A stretch of 64,000 nt of DNA from Sedimentisphaerales bacterium (GTDB lineage: Bacteria; Planctomycetota; Phycisphaerae; Sedimentisphaerales; SM23-30): NCBI GenBank assembly GCA_963663805.2, contig CAXXMR010000020.1:128001-192000 (forward strand), given 5' to 3'. The translations under genes and the position numbers were made by a program. Below, in pieces: positions 40,175 to 50,880 of this stretch. Under the pieces are notes generated by a model. That model did no database searches, was not told the origin of the DNA, and saw nothing but the letters and a program-made list of their open reading frames with translations. Each line of letters begins with the position of its first letter. Position 1 is the first letter of the stretch.

Positions 40175-41643
40175 ACCGTTGGTAGGCGAAACGGACGCAG
40201 GCTCTGCAGAGGTGCAACCTGCCAGGGATAGCCAGACCAAGGCGACGAATTGTCGTGGGGGTGGCAGTTATACACCTGCCGCCCCAGGTGTGAGGCGTTC
40301 CACAGACAATTCAGAGCCTTCTTATGCCTTTAAAAACCTCTTGCCGAAGGCAAGTTTAAGAGTTAATCGTGGAAGCCATTTGTCCAATTCACGCTGAACC
40401 AATACACTCTCGGTGAAAAACTGGCATGATGTAAATGACAGTGTTCGCATAAAGCATATCGAAAAAGATGGTGAATGTTATGTTCTAGCCCGCAGCAAAG
40501 AGCGGATGGCTAAAGAACGGGCTATGCGTAAGCGCAAGCTGCGTGACTATCTGGAAGGTCTGGAGAAGCTGAAGAAATATCGTGATTACGCCCGTTTTAT
40601 GCAAAGGCTGGGCAAACTCAAACATCATGCTGGCAGTTCGTATAAATGCGTTACTCTTACAATTCCAAAACCAAAGGAAAGAATTGAGGAAGGTGAGTTT
40701 GATTATAAATTCGATAGGAACAAATACCGAGAAATGATTTATCGTGACGGCACATACTTTTTGCGTACCAATCAAACCGGAAAGAATGGCATAGAGCTTT
40801 GGCAGGAGTATATGCTGCAATGTAATGTAGAACAAGCGTTCCGGGAGCTCAAAAGCGATCTGGGTGTTCGGCCGGTCTATCACCATAAAGAAGACCGGGT
40901 CGATGCTCACGTGTTTGTAGCGTTTATGAGCTATTGTCTGCAAGTGACCTTGAGACACAGACTGCGGGCCAGTGCCTGCGGGATAACCAGCCAGGCCGTT
41001 TTGGAAACAATGTCACGAATCCAGATGCTCGATGTGTCCTTTGAAACCCAGGACGGCAGGACTCTGCTGATGCAGAGATATACCGAGCCCGATGGCGATC
41101 AGAAATTGCTGCTATACCATTTGAAGATGGAAATGCCGCCGCAAAAGCCACCGAAAATATACAGCGGTCAGCTCAAAAAATAACACCACTGTTGGCGACA
41201 GACCAACAGCCCTGAAGGAGCCAAAAATCCACTTTTTACCCCTTAAGTGAGAAATTGGGGGTAAGTTAATCCCCGGCGCATATTCCCACGCCGCCCAACC
41301 GAAAATATCAACCAAACTAACTACAGGTACGAATACAAATAAAAGGTACGAATCGGCCCGGCTAAACAACCCCCGAGCCATAGACATCTTCGGAACAAAA
41401 CCACCGCCAATTTAGTAAAAACCGGGACAATAACAAATAAAATTCCCCCTATCACCATAAGACCCTTTATTAAAGAGATTTACATATAACCCCGACAATA
41501 CCCAACCGGTCAAATCTTACCCTGTTTAATCCTTTGGCAAGGGCCGACCGGATATGATATTATACTAATATCCAGAGGGGGTTTCCCCCTTCGGGAACCT
41601 AAAATGATATTTAGCAGTAATTTATGCCGAAAAGGGAAATATC

Positions 41644-44600
41644 GTGCAAAAAGGAACTCTGTTAAGCCTGATCATAATATTATCAATCTCCACCGCCGCC
41701 CTCGCCTTTAACGGTGATATGGGCACAGGCACTCAACCACTTACCGATGGCTCGGAAGATTATCCCTGGCTGATCGAAGATTACGATGATTTCGTAGCCT
41801 TTTGCGGCAATACCGCCTATTGGGCCAGTGGTGTTTATACCCGTCTAGAATGTAATCTGGACCTGTCTGTAGCCGGGACATACAGCCAGGCCCCTATTGC
41901 AGGTGATACCAATACAGATTCTACATTTGATGGCACAGCTTATGCTGGTAATTTCGATGGCGACTATAAAATAATCAATCACCTTTGGATTAGCGGCATT
42001 TACTATTGTGGGTTATTTGGTTATATTGGTTCAGGAGGAACAGTTACAAATCTTGGTTTGGAGAATGTTGATATTACCGGTACTGAATATATTGGTGGGC
42101 TGTGTGGATTCAATGGCAACGGTAGCATAAATAATTGTTATGCTGCAGGCTCAGTTACTGGAAACAATCACACCGGCGGGCTGTGCGGATTCAATGTCTA
42201 TGGTAGCATAAACAACTGTTACGCTAATGGGGCTGTTGCCGGAAATAACAACACAGGCGGACTATGCGGAGAGAATTATCTCGGCGGCAGTATCAGTAAT
42301 TGTTATGTTGCTGGCACTGTGACAGGAAATTTTCGTATAGGCGGGCTATGCGGATACAATTATCGGGGAAATATCACAGACAGTTACTGGAATATTGATA
42401 CTTCAGGCCAAACAGCTAGTCATGGTGGCTGGGGATTGAATGATGAACAGATGAAACAGGCTGCCAGTTACTATGGCTGGACAAATGGCTATTGGACAAT
42501 TGACGAGGGAAACGATTATCCGCGCCTTGCCTGGGAGAACTCGGTCGGCACAACAATTAACACTGACTATCCGGCAGCTACCTACGCAGGGAATGGAACA
42601 GATACCTCTCCTTATGAACTTGCTAATGCCAGCGACCTGTTATGCCTGATGCGCAGGACTTTGGACTGGGATAAATATTTTGTCCTGACAGACAATATTG
42701 ATTTTGGCGGTATTGAATTCACTCATCCTGTAATCGCATATGGCAGTGAGTTTTCCGGAGCTATTGATGGCAATAATCATACAATAAGTAGTTTTACGAT
42801 AAATGCTCCAACTCAGGATTATGTTGGATTTATTGGTATACTCGACTCATCAGCATCAATAAACAATCTTGGTCTTACAGCACTAGATGTTACCGGTGAT
42901 TCTTATACAGGCGGGCTGTGCGGACGCAATTATTATGGTGGTATAAATGATTGTTATATCACGGGAAATATTACCGGTGATTATTGTATAGGTGGGCTGT
43001 GCGGATACAATTATCACGGCAACATAAGTAGTTGTTATGCAACAGGGGCAATCACTGGAAACAAATACACAGGTGGGCTATGTGGATTCAATGCCGATGG
43101 CAACATTAGCAATTGTTATGCTACTGGAGATATTACTGGCAATGATGATGCTGGCGGGCTGTGTGGATACAATTCCGGTAGTATTAGCAATTGTTATGCT
43201 ACTGGAGATATTACTGGCAATGATGATGCTGGCGGGCTGTGTGGATACAATTCCGGTAGTATTAGCAATTGTTATGCTACTGGAGATATTACTGGCAATG
43301 ATGATGTCGGCGGGCTATGCGGATACAATTCTGATAGTATAAGTAACTGTTATGCTAATGGGAATATTATTGGTAATTATGATGTCGGCGGACTATGCGG
43401 ATGCAATTCTGACAGCATAAGTAATTGTTATGCCAATGGCACTGTTACAGGTCATGGTTATTATACCGGCGGGCTGTGCGGATACAATTCTTCCGGCAGT
43501 ATCAGTAGTTGTTATGCCGCTGGCCTGGTTACTGGCTATCTCGACACAGGCGGTTTTTGTGGATCACAATATGGCAGTTCAGCCAAAACACTAAATTGCT
43601 TCTGGGATATCGACGCTACCGGCCAGGCTGTTGGCTATAATCTTAGTTCATCAGAACCGGGAACTATAGGGAATGTTCAGGGATTATCGACGGCTCAGAT
43701 GCAGATTGAAAGCACCTTTATCAGTTCCGGGTGGGATTTCACCGAAAGCGACAATGACCCGGCTGACTGGTTGATGCCGACAGGTAATTATCCCCGTCTT
43801 TTCTGGCAGTCTAAACTCACATATATTGGGCAGGGAACTATTAGTCTGCCCGAGGAACAAACAGGAATTATAGAGCTGAATGTTTACTCTTTGATCAATG
43901 CAACAATAAACTGGACTATTGCCGAACACGATTTGTGCGACTGGATAACAAACGCCAATCCCAATTCAGGCAGCTCAACAGGACCGGAAGATATTACCAC
44001 AGTTACTATTGAAATAGATACTTATGGTTTGGGCGTTGGGCAATATACATATAATCTCATGCTGACTGGTGATGACGGCTCAACGACTGAAATGCCAATC
44101 TTTTTAAATGTTTTTAATCGTGTTGATCTTGGTGAATTGGCTGTTCTATCGGCAAATTGGCTGGCCACCGAATGCTATAATTCTACCTCGGCTTGTTATA
44201 AAGCGGATTGGTACATCGATGGAGTAATTAATGAGCTTGATTTGATGCAGCTTAGTCTTAGCTGGTTGGGTGAAGAAACCATTTACGATGGCCCCTGGAG
44301 TGATTATCTGGAGGATTTCAGTGATGGCACCGTGCCAACAGAAAACTGGACTTACAATCGCACCAATGATGGTAAAATGGCGGTTGTTAATGAACGCCTG
44401 AGAATGGATTGTTTGACCAGCGCATATTCGCTAAATGAAGCTATTCTTCATATCGACTTATCAGATCAGACTGATGTCATGCTGGAGTTCTGGCAGGCAG
44501 AATCAGGCGATGAACTCCATTCGCTACCAACTACTTTCAGCGGCTCTTACAATGGCGATGGCGTAGCGGTCAGTCCCGACGGGGTCAACTGGACCACAGT

Positions 44601-44778
44601 AATTAACGCCTCCGCTCTGGATGTCGATACGGCTGGAAGCATCTTTACTGTCGATCTCGACGCCCTCGGTCTGGAATACACGTCTGATTTCCAGATCAAG
44701 TTCCAGCAATATGACAACTATGCCTGGGACTCTGACGGCCGCGAATGGGATAATATCCGGATATATAAAACGGAATAG
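41644..44778 (+). CDS. Secreted GLUG-repeat protein with Ig/BACON-like, dockerin-like and C-terminal jelly-roll-like domains
   Basis: Signal peptide; many GGLCG.N...I..CY repeats; ADWYIDGVINELDL. Confidence 0.88.
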   Translation: MQKGTLLSLIIILSISTAALAFNGDMGTGTQPLTDGSEDYPWLIEDYDDFVAFCGNTAYWASGVYTRLECNLDLSVAGTYSQAPIAGDTNTDSTFDGTAYAGNFDGDYKIINHLWISGIYYCGLFGYIGSGGTVTNLGLENVDITGTEYIGGLCGFNGNGSINNCYAAGSVTGNNHTGGLCGFNVYGSINNCYANGAVAGNNNTGGLCGENYLGGSISNCYVAGTVTGNFRIGGLCGYNYRGNITDSYWNIDTSGQTASHGGWGLNDEQMKQAASYYGWTNGYWTIDEGNDYPRLAWENSVGTTINTDYPAATYAGNGTDTSPYELANASDLLCLMRRTLDWDKYFVLTDNIDFGGIEFTHPVIAYGSEFSGAIDGNNHTISSFTINAPTQDYVGFIGILDSSASINNLGLTALDVTGDSYTGGLCGRNYYGGINDCYITGNITGDYCIGGLCGYNYHGNISSCYATGAITGNKYTGGLCGFNADGNISNCYATGDITGNDDAGGLCGYNSGSISNCYATGDITGNDDAGGLCGYNSGSISNCYATGDITGNDDVGGLCGYNSDSISNCYANGNIIGNYDVGGLCGCNSDSISNCYANGTVTGHGYYTGGLCGYNSSGSISSCYAAGLVTGYLDTGGFCGSQYGSSAKTLNCFWDIDATGQAVGYNLSSSEPGTIGNVQGLSTAQMQIESTFISSGWDFTESDNDPADWLMPTGNYPRLFWQSKLTYIGQGTISLPEEQTGIIELNVYSLINATINWTIAEHDLCDWITNANPNSGSSTGPEDITTVTIEIDTYGLGVGQYTYNLMLTGDDGSTTEMPIFLNVFNRVDLGELAVLSANWLATECYNSTSACYKADWYIDGVINELDLMQLSLSWLGEETIYDGPWSDYLEDFSDGTVPTENWTYNRTNDGKMAVVNERLRMDCLTSAYSLNEAILHIDLSDQTDVMLEFWQAESGDELHSLPTTFSGSYNGDGVAVSPDGVNWTTVINASALDVDTAGSIFTVDLDALGLEYTSDFQIKFQQYDNYAWDSDGREWDNIRIYKTE
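43105..43306 (+). repeat. Perfect 78-bp tandem repeat (about 2.6 copies) inside the GLUG gene
   Basis: Units start at 43105, 43183 and 43261. Confidence 0.92.
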
Positions 44779-45251
44779 CCGGAATCATTATCAGAACTAA
44801 TCGCTTACACCAGTAAATCAGGATCTATAAAAACGGCCCGGCAAATCCTCTACGAATAACAGATACGAATCCGCCCGGCCTGACACCCCCCGAGCTGTTA
44901 ACGTCTTCGGAACATAATCGCTGTTAACTGGGTAAAAACCGGGATATTAACAGCTTCCACCCCCGAAAAACTCATAAGCTCATAAAACAAAGATGTTTAC
45001 ATCCTATCCCGACAATACAGCACTTATGGATACTTCCAGTAATCGCTTGTTAAAAACCCGTCGGGCGGAACTGGGGAGGATTACCCTTGCAATCTCCGTC
45101 TTTTTATGATAGATTCATTGCGAATCCGGATATCTGAGTGGAAAATTCGCCGGAATCTTTGAATTTCGGCTGGAAACAGCTTTGCTGGCGAGAGGGACAG
45201 AATGTTTCCCTGCGTCGGCTTTTTGGGCTAAAAGGAAATATGGAGAACGAG

Positions 45252-48200
45252 ATGAAAAATCTGCTATGCAACCTGGTATTGATTATGGCAGCCGCAGCCC
45301 TTGCGGCGACATCGGCATCAGCGGCGGTTTCCGGCGATTATGAGTATACCGACAACGGTGACGGCACCTGCACGATCACCGATTATACCGGTTCCGGTGG
45401 CACGGTGAGCATCCCCGCTTCACTCGACGGCCTGACCGTCATCACCATTGGGGACTATGCGTTCCGTTACTGCTACAGCCTGACCGATGTGACCATACCC
45501 GACAGCGTTACCGCTATCGGAGATGGTGCGTTCTATAGCTGCGACATACTAACCAGCGTAACCACCGGCAACAGTGTCACCACCATCGGGGACTATGCGT
45601 TCGACAACTGCGACAACCTGACTAGCGTGATCATATCCGACAGTGTCACTACCATCGGGTACAAGACGTTCGGTAACTGCGGCAGCCTGACCAGCGTGAT
45701 CATACCCAACAGCGTCACCATCATCGGGGGCAAAGCATTCTATACCTGCGACAGCCTGACCAGCGTAACCATCGGTAACAGCGTCACCACCATTGGGGAC
45801 CAAGCATTTGCATATTGCTATATCCTGACCAGTGTGACCATACCCGACAGTGTCATCTCCATTGGGGACGAGGCGTTCTATGACTGCGACAGTTTGACCA
45901 CTGTGACCATACCCGACAGCGTCACCACCATCGGAGACGAGGCGTTCAATTGTTGCGACAGCCTGACTGGTGTGAGTATACCCGATAGCGTCATTACCAT
46001 CGGAAACAGTGTGTTTCAAAACTGCAATAGCTTGACTGGTATTACGGTCGATCCGGCTAATAGCGTCTATTGCGATATTGACGGGGTCTTGTTCAACAAA
46101 AGCCAAACCGAGCTTATCCAATACCCAGGCGGCAAGTACGGCAGCTATTCAATTCCCGACGGGGTCACCATCATAAGGAACAATGCGTTCTGGCACTGCG
46201 ACGGCCTGACCGGTGTGACCATACCCAACAGCGTCACTACCATTGGGGGCGGGTCGTTCTACTACTGCGACAACTTGATCAGCGTAACTATACCCAACAG
46301 CGTCAGCACCATCGGGGACAATGCGTTCTATAGCTGCAGCAGCCTGGCCAATATGACCATCGGTAACAACGTCACCACCATCGGGATCTTTGCATTCAGT
46401 TGCTGCGACAGCCTGACCGACGTGACCATACCCAACAGCGTTACCACCATTGAGGGCTGGATGTTCTCTAATTGCGATAGCCTGACCAACGTGACTATAC
46501 CCGACAGCGTCATCACCATCGGACGCCAGTCATTCTCTGGCTGCTACAGTCTGAGCAGCATAACCATACCCGACAGCGTTACCGCCATCGAGGCCCTGGC
46601 GTTCACTGACTGCGACAGCCTAACCGATGTAACCATACCCGACAGCGTCACCACCATCGGCAGTTCGGCGTTCTCTAACTGCGACAGCCTGAACGGTGTT
46701 TATTTCAGAGGTGATTGCCCGGTATCTGTCGGATACGATGTGTTTTACGGCTCCGATCCTACGGTTTATTATATTGCCGGAACAAGCGGCTGGGGCAGTG
46801 AATTTGCCGACAGGCCTACGGCGACATGGACAGGAGAAACAGATGGCTATTACTACAGAGACAACGGTGATGGAACATGCATACTGCTCGGTTATACCGG
46901 TCCCGGCGGTAATATAACTATTCCTGATTCGCTGGCAGGTCTTACCGTCACCACCATCGGGGACAGGGCCTTCCGTTACTGTGACAGCCTGACCGGTGTG
47001 ATCATACCCAACAGCGTCACCACCATCGGAGACGATGCGTTCGGTGGCTGTAACAACCTGACCGATATTACAGTCGATCTGACCAATAGCGCCTACTGTG
47101 ATATTGGCGGGGTCTTGTTCAACAAAAGTCAAACCAAGCTTGTTCAATACCCAGGTGGAAGAAGCGGCAGCTATTCAATTCCCAACGGGGTCACCACCAT
47201 CGGGAACTATACGTTCTCTGACTGCGACAACCTGACTGGTGTGGCCATACCCGACAGCGTTACCACCATCGAGGACTATGTGTTCAAGGACTGCTACAGC
47301 CTGACCGGTGTAACCATTCCCAACAGCATCACCACTATCGGGGACTTGGTATTCTCTGGTTGCGCCAGCTTGACCGGCGTTTATTTCAGGGGTGATTGTC
47401 CGACATCTGTCGGCAACAATATGTTTAGTTACTCCTATCCCACGGTTTATTATATTGACGGAACAAGCGGCTGGGGCAACTACTTTGCCAGCAGGCCTAC
47501 GGCGGTCTGGACAGGAGAAATGGATGGCTATTATTACAGAGACGACGGTGATGGAACATGTGCGTTGCTCGGCCATACCGGTCCCGACGGTAATATAACC
47601 ATCCCGGATTCGCTGGCAGGCCTTACTGTTGTTACTGTCGAAAATGAGGCGTTCCTGCGCTGTTATAGACTAACCGGCGTGACCATACCCGACAGCGTCA
47701 CCACCATCGGGCACGATGCGTTTGCATACTGCGACAGCCTGAGTGGCGTGACCATCGGTAATAGCGTCACCGCCATCGGGGACTATGCGTTTTATAACTG
47801 CGACAGCCTTACCGGCGTTTATTTCAAGGGTGATTGTCCGGCATCTGTCAGCAGCTATGTGTTTTACAGCTCCTATCCTACGGTATATTATATGTCCGGC
47901 ACAAGCGGTTGGGGCAGTGAGTTTGCCGGAAGGCCTACGGCGATCTGGCCGGCTTCGATCGGGATGACGGGGAGTCTGATTGTAGATATGGAGATCGATG
48001 ATGTCGGAGGTTTGGAAGTTCTGGAAATAGATGTCTTTGCCGTAAGCGAAGCTGTCGGCTGGACGATCAGCGGTCAGGATGACTGCTCGTGGATTATCAG
48101 CGTTAGTCCGGATACGGGCAGCTCGACCGGACCGACGGATATTACAGCCGTTCAGATCACAATTGATACGGCCGGGCTGGCTGTGGGTGATTACACACAT

Positions 48201-48935
48201 AGACTGAGTCTGGAGCCTGGTGGAGATGATGGATACTGGCTGCCATTATCCGTAGAAGTGCATGTTTGCGATACTGTGGACCTTAAGGAGTTAGCAATCC
48301 TCGCGGCTTACTGGGGCGACAGCGGCTGCGCTGATGAAATGAGTCCCTGTCATGAAGCGGATTTCTATAGGGACGGCGTAATTGATGTGCTTGATTTGAT
48401 GCAGCTTGCAATTAGCTGGCTGGGCGAGGAGATGATATACGCTAGTAACTGGACTGATTATCTGGCAGATTTCAGTGATGGCACCTTGCCAACTGAAAAC
48501 TGGACTTACAATTCCACTAATAACGGCAGAATCCAGATTGTTGATGAACGCCTGAGAATGGATTGCTCGACCAATGGAACATATTCACTAAATGAAGCGA
48601 TACTGCATCTTGACCTGGAAGGCCAAAGCGAGGTCATGCTGTCTTTCTGGCAGGCAGAATCGGGCGATGAACTCCATTCGCTACCGACTACTTTCAGTGG
48701 TTCTTACAATGGCGATGGCGTAGCGGTCAGTCCAGACGGGGTCAACTGGACAACAGTCGTCAACGCCTCCGCTCTGGATGTTGGTACGGCCGGAAGCATC
48801 TTTACTGTCGATCTCGACGCCCTCGGTCTGGAATACACGTCTGATTTCCAGATCAAGTTCCAGCAATGTGATAATTACACCTGGGGCAGCGACGGCCGCG
48901 AATGGGATAATATCCGGATATATAAAAACAATTGA
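45252..48935 (+). CDS. BspA-type leucine-rich-repeat (LRR_5) secreted protein with Ig-like, dockerin-like and shared C-terminal domain
   Basis: Many 23-aa LTSVTIPDSVTTIGDxAFxxC repeats; DGVLFNKSQTELIQYPGG; signal peptide from MKNLL. Confidence 0.92.
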   Translation: MKNLLCNLVLIMAAAALAATSASAAVSGDYEYTDNGDGTCTITDYTGSGGTVSIPASLDGLTVITIGDYAFRYCYSLTDVTIPDSVTAIGDGAFYSCDILTSVTTGNSVTTIGDYAFDNCDNLTSVIISDSVTTIGYKTFGNCGSLTSVIIPNSVTIIGGKAFYTCDSLTSVTIGNSVTTIGDQAFAYCYILTSVTIPDSVISIGDEAFYDCDSLTTVTIPDSVTTIGDEAFNCCDSLTGVSIPDSVITIGNSVFQNCNSLTGITVDPANSVYCDIDGVLFNKSQTELIQYPGGKYGSYSIPDGVTIIRNNAFWHCDGLTGVTIPNSVTTIGGGSFYYCDNLISVTIPNSVSTIGDNAFYSCSSLANMTIGNNVTTIGIFAFSCCDSLTDVTIPNSVTTIEGWMFSNCDSLTNVTIPDSVITIGRQSFSGCYSLSSITIPDSVTAIEALAFTDCDSLTDVTIPDSVTTIGSSAFSNCDSLNGVYFRGDCPVSVGYDVFYGSDPTVYYIAGTSGWGSEFADRPTATWTGETDGYYYRDNGDGTCILLGYTGPGGNITIPDSLAGLTVTTIGDRAFRYCDSLTGVIIPNSVTTIGDDAFGGCNNLTDITVDLTNSAYCDIGGVLFNKSQTKLVQYPGGRSGSYSIPNGVTTIGNYTFSDCDNLTGVAIPDSVTTIEDYVFKDCYSLTGVTIPNSITTIGDLVFSGCASLTGVYFRGDCPTSVGNNMFSYSYPTVYYIDGTSGWGNYFASRPTAVWTGEMDGYYYRDDGDGTCALLGHTGPDGNITIPDSLAGLTVVTVENEAFLRCYRLTGVTIPDSVTTIGHDAFAYCDSLSGVTIGNSVTAIGDYAFYNCDSLTGVYFKGDCPASVSSYVFYSSYPTVYYMSGTSGWGSEFAGRPTAIWPASIGMTGSLIVDMEIDDVGGLEVLEIDVFAVSEAVGWTISGQDDCSWIISVSPDTGSSTGPTDITAVQITIDTAGLAVGDYTHRLSLEPGGDDGYWLPLSVEVHVCDTVDLKELAILAAYWGDSGCADEMSPCHEADFYRDGVIDVLDLMQLAISWLGEEMIYASNWTDYLADFSDGTLPTENWTYNSTNNGRIQIVDERLRMDCSTNGTYSLNEAILHLDLEGQSEVMLSFWQAESGDELHSLPTTFSGSYNGDGVAVSPDGVNWTTVVNASALDVGTAGSIFTVDLDALGLEYTSDFQIKFQQCDNYTWGSDGREWDNIRIYKNN

Positions 48936-48971
48936 TATTTAGCAGTAAGTTATGCCGGAAAGGGAAATATC

Positions 48972-50825
48972 GTGCAAAAAGGAACTCTGTTAAGCCTGAT
49001 CATACTATTATCAATCGCCACCGCCGCCCTCGCCTTTAACGGTGATATGGGGACGGGAACTCAACCACTTACCGACGGTACAGAGGATTATCCCTGGCTG
49101 ATCGAAGATTACGATGATTTCGTAGCCTTTTGCGGCAATACCGCCTATTGGGCCGGCGGCGTTTATACCCGTCTAGAATGTAATCTGGATTTGTCTGTAG
49201 CCGGGACATACAGCCAGGCTCCTATTGCTGGTGATACTGATACCGATTATTCATTTGACGGCACAGAATTTAGCGGCAACTTTGACGGTGATAGCAAGGC
49301 AATATGTAACCTTACGGCCAGCGGTGCCTATTATTGTGGTTTGTTTGGCTGTATTGGTTCAGGAGGAACAGTTACCAATCTTGGTTTGGAGAATGTTGAT
49401 ATTACTGGTTCCAGTTCTTATACCGGCGGTTTGTGCGGAGATAATTCCGGCAGCATAAGTAGTTGTTATGCTACGGGAACGGTTACAGGGAATGGTGGCT
49501 ATACCGGCGGGCTGTGTGGAAGAAATTCTGCTAGTATTACAGACAGTTACTGGAATATTGATACTTCAGGCCAAACAGCTAGTCATGGTGGCTGGGGATT
49601 GAATGATGAACAGATGAAACAGGCTGCCAGTTACTATGGCTGGACAAATGGCTATTGGACAATTGATGAAGGCAATGATTGTCCGCGTCTGGTCTGGGAA
49701 AACTCCGGTGGCACAATAATCAACACAGATTATCCAGCAAAGACTTATACCGGTTTAGGAACGGAGGTGTCTCCGTATGAACTGGCTACTGTAAACGACC
49801 TGTTATGTCTGATGCGAAGAACGCCAGACTGGGATAAAAGTTTTATTTTGACTGATAATATAGATTTATCCAGTATAGTATTCAACCATACCTTGATTGC
49901 CTCTGGTAGCAGTTTTGGCGGCAGCTTAGATGGCAATAATCACATCATAAGCAATCTGACCATTGATGCTCCAATGCAGAGCTATGTCGGTTTTATTAGC
50001 AGACTTGATTTATCTGCATCAGTAAATAATCTTTACCTTAAAGGATTAAATATTATCGGTTATGATAGGACGGGCGGGCTGTGCGGGGAAAATGCCGGCA
50101 ATATAAGTGATTGTTATGCCAATGGAACGGTTACAAGTAAATATTGTGCCGGTGGGTTTTGCGGAAAAAATAGCGGTAGCATAAGTGTTTGTTATGTCAA
50201 TAAGACGATTTCTGGTGATTTTTATACCGGCGGGTTTTGTGGAGTAAATTCCGGCAGCATAAGTGATTGTTATGCCACGGGAAGTGTTACAAGTAAATTT
50301 CTGTATACCGGCGGGTTTTGCGGCGCAAATTATTCCGGCAATATAAGTAGTTGTTATACTACTGATTTAATTACTAGCATTTATTACGCAGGGGGATTTT
50401 GTGGCCATCAAAGCGGTAGTTTAGCTGTTATACAGGATTGCTTCTGGGACACCGAAGCCACTGGTCAGACTATGGGGTATATTCTTGAGATGTCGTCTCC
50501 GGGGACGATAGATAATGTTCAGGGATTGACAACGGCTCAGATGCAGATTGAAAGTACTTACACTGATGCCGGGTGGGATTTTGCCAATCTCTGGTGGATT
50601 AACGAAGGCCGTGATTATCCAAAATTGTATTATCAACCCTTTGGCGATCTTGACAATGACAGCCATGTCAATCTGACTGACCTTTCGGTTATGGCAGCGG
50701 CGTGGATGGCCGTTGAAGGTGATGTGAATTATAACAGCAAATGCGAATTGTCGGGTGACATTTCAGTAAATATCGACGATTTCGTCATAATGTCAGAAAA
50801 CTGGCTGGCAGGTCCAGGCTTTTAA
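48972..50825 (+). CDS. Secreted GLUG-repeat protein with C-terminal dockerin-like motif
   Basis: Paralog of 41644; GDLDNDSHVNLTDL. Confidence 0.88.
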   Translation: MQKGTLLSLIILLSIATAALAFNGDMGTGTQPLTDGTEDYPWLIEDYDDFVAFCGNTAYWAGGVYTRLECNLDLSVAGTYSQAPIAGDTDTDYSFDGTEFSGNFDGDSKAICNLTASGAYYCGLFGCIGSGGTVTNLGLENVDITGSSSYTGGLCGDNSGSISSCYATGTVTGNGGYTGGLCGRNSASITDSYWNIDTSGQTASHGGWGLNDEQMKQAASYYGWTNGYWTIDEGNDCPRLVWENSGGTIINTDYPAKTYTGLGTEVSPYELATVNDLLCLMRRTPDWDKSFILTDNIDLSSIVFNHTLIASGSSFGGSLDGNNHIISNLTIDAPMQSYVGFISRLDLSASVNNLYLKGLNIIGYDRTGGLCGENAGNISDCYANGTVTSKYCAGGFCGKNSGSISVCYVNKTISGDFYTGGFCGVNSGSISDCYATGSVTSKFLYTGGFCGANYSGNISSCYTTDLITSIYYAGGFCGHQSGSLAVIQDCFWDTEATGQTMGYILEMSSPGTIDNVQGLTTAQMQIESTYTDAGWDFANLWWINEGRDYPKLYYQPFGDLDNDSHVNLTDLSVMAAAWMAVEGDVNYNSKCELSGDISVNIDDFVIMSENWLAGPGF

Positions 50826-50880
50826 GGAAATCGGACATTAATTATATTTAGCAGTAAGTTATGCCGGAAAGGGAAATGTC

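Larger units (their letters stand above)
38796..40406 (+). mobile_element. IS3-family element (1611 bp)
   Basis: TG...CA ends; imperfect IR TGTATTGCCTCAGTTGGAAATGGACAAAT / TGTATTGGTTCAGCGTGAATTGGACAAAT; flanks CTAT/CTCT. Confidence 0.9.
37808..41183 (+). pseudogene. IS1634 transposase split by insertion (37808-38795 and 40407-41183)
   Basis: LYDITSTYFEG, GHSKDRRSDC, GNTSE, MDRG; VEQAFRELKSDLGVRPVYH. Confidence 0.92.
37661..41260 (+). mobile_element. IS1634-family element interrupted by a nested IS3-family element
   Basis: 17-bp perfect IR CCCCAATTTCTCACTTA; 4-bp TSD GTAA at 37657-37660 and 41261-41264. Confidence 0.92.

Noticed and set aside
40134..40397. 87-aa ORF in the IS3 3' region
   Set aside because: It overlaps the internal promoter and IRR and has no recognisable motif; RNA structure explains the region better, though a peptide is not excluded
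44234..48926. Diversity-generating retroelement TR/VR pair in the duplicated C-terminal module
   Set aside because: The differences inspected include C/T synonymous changes rather than adenine-specific ones, both copies are coding, and no reverse transcriptase is present
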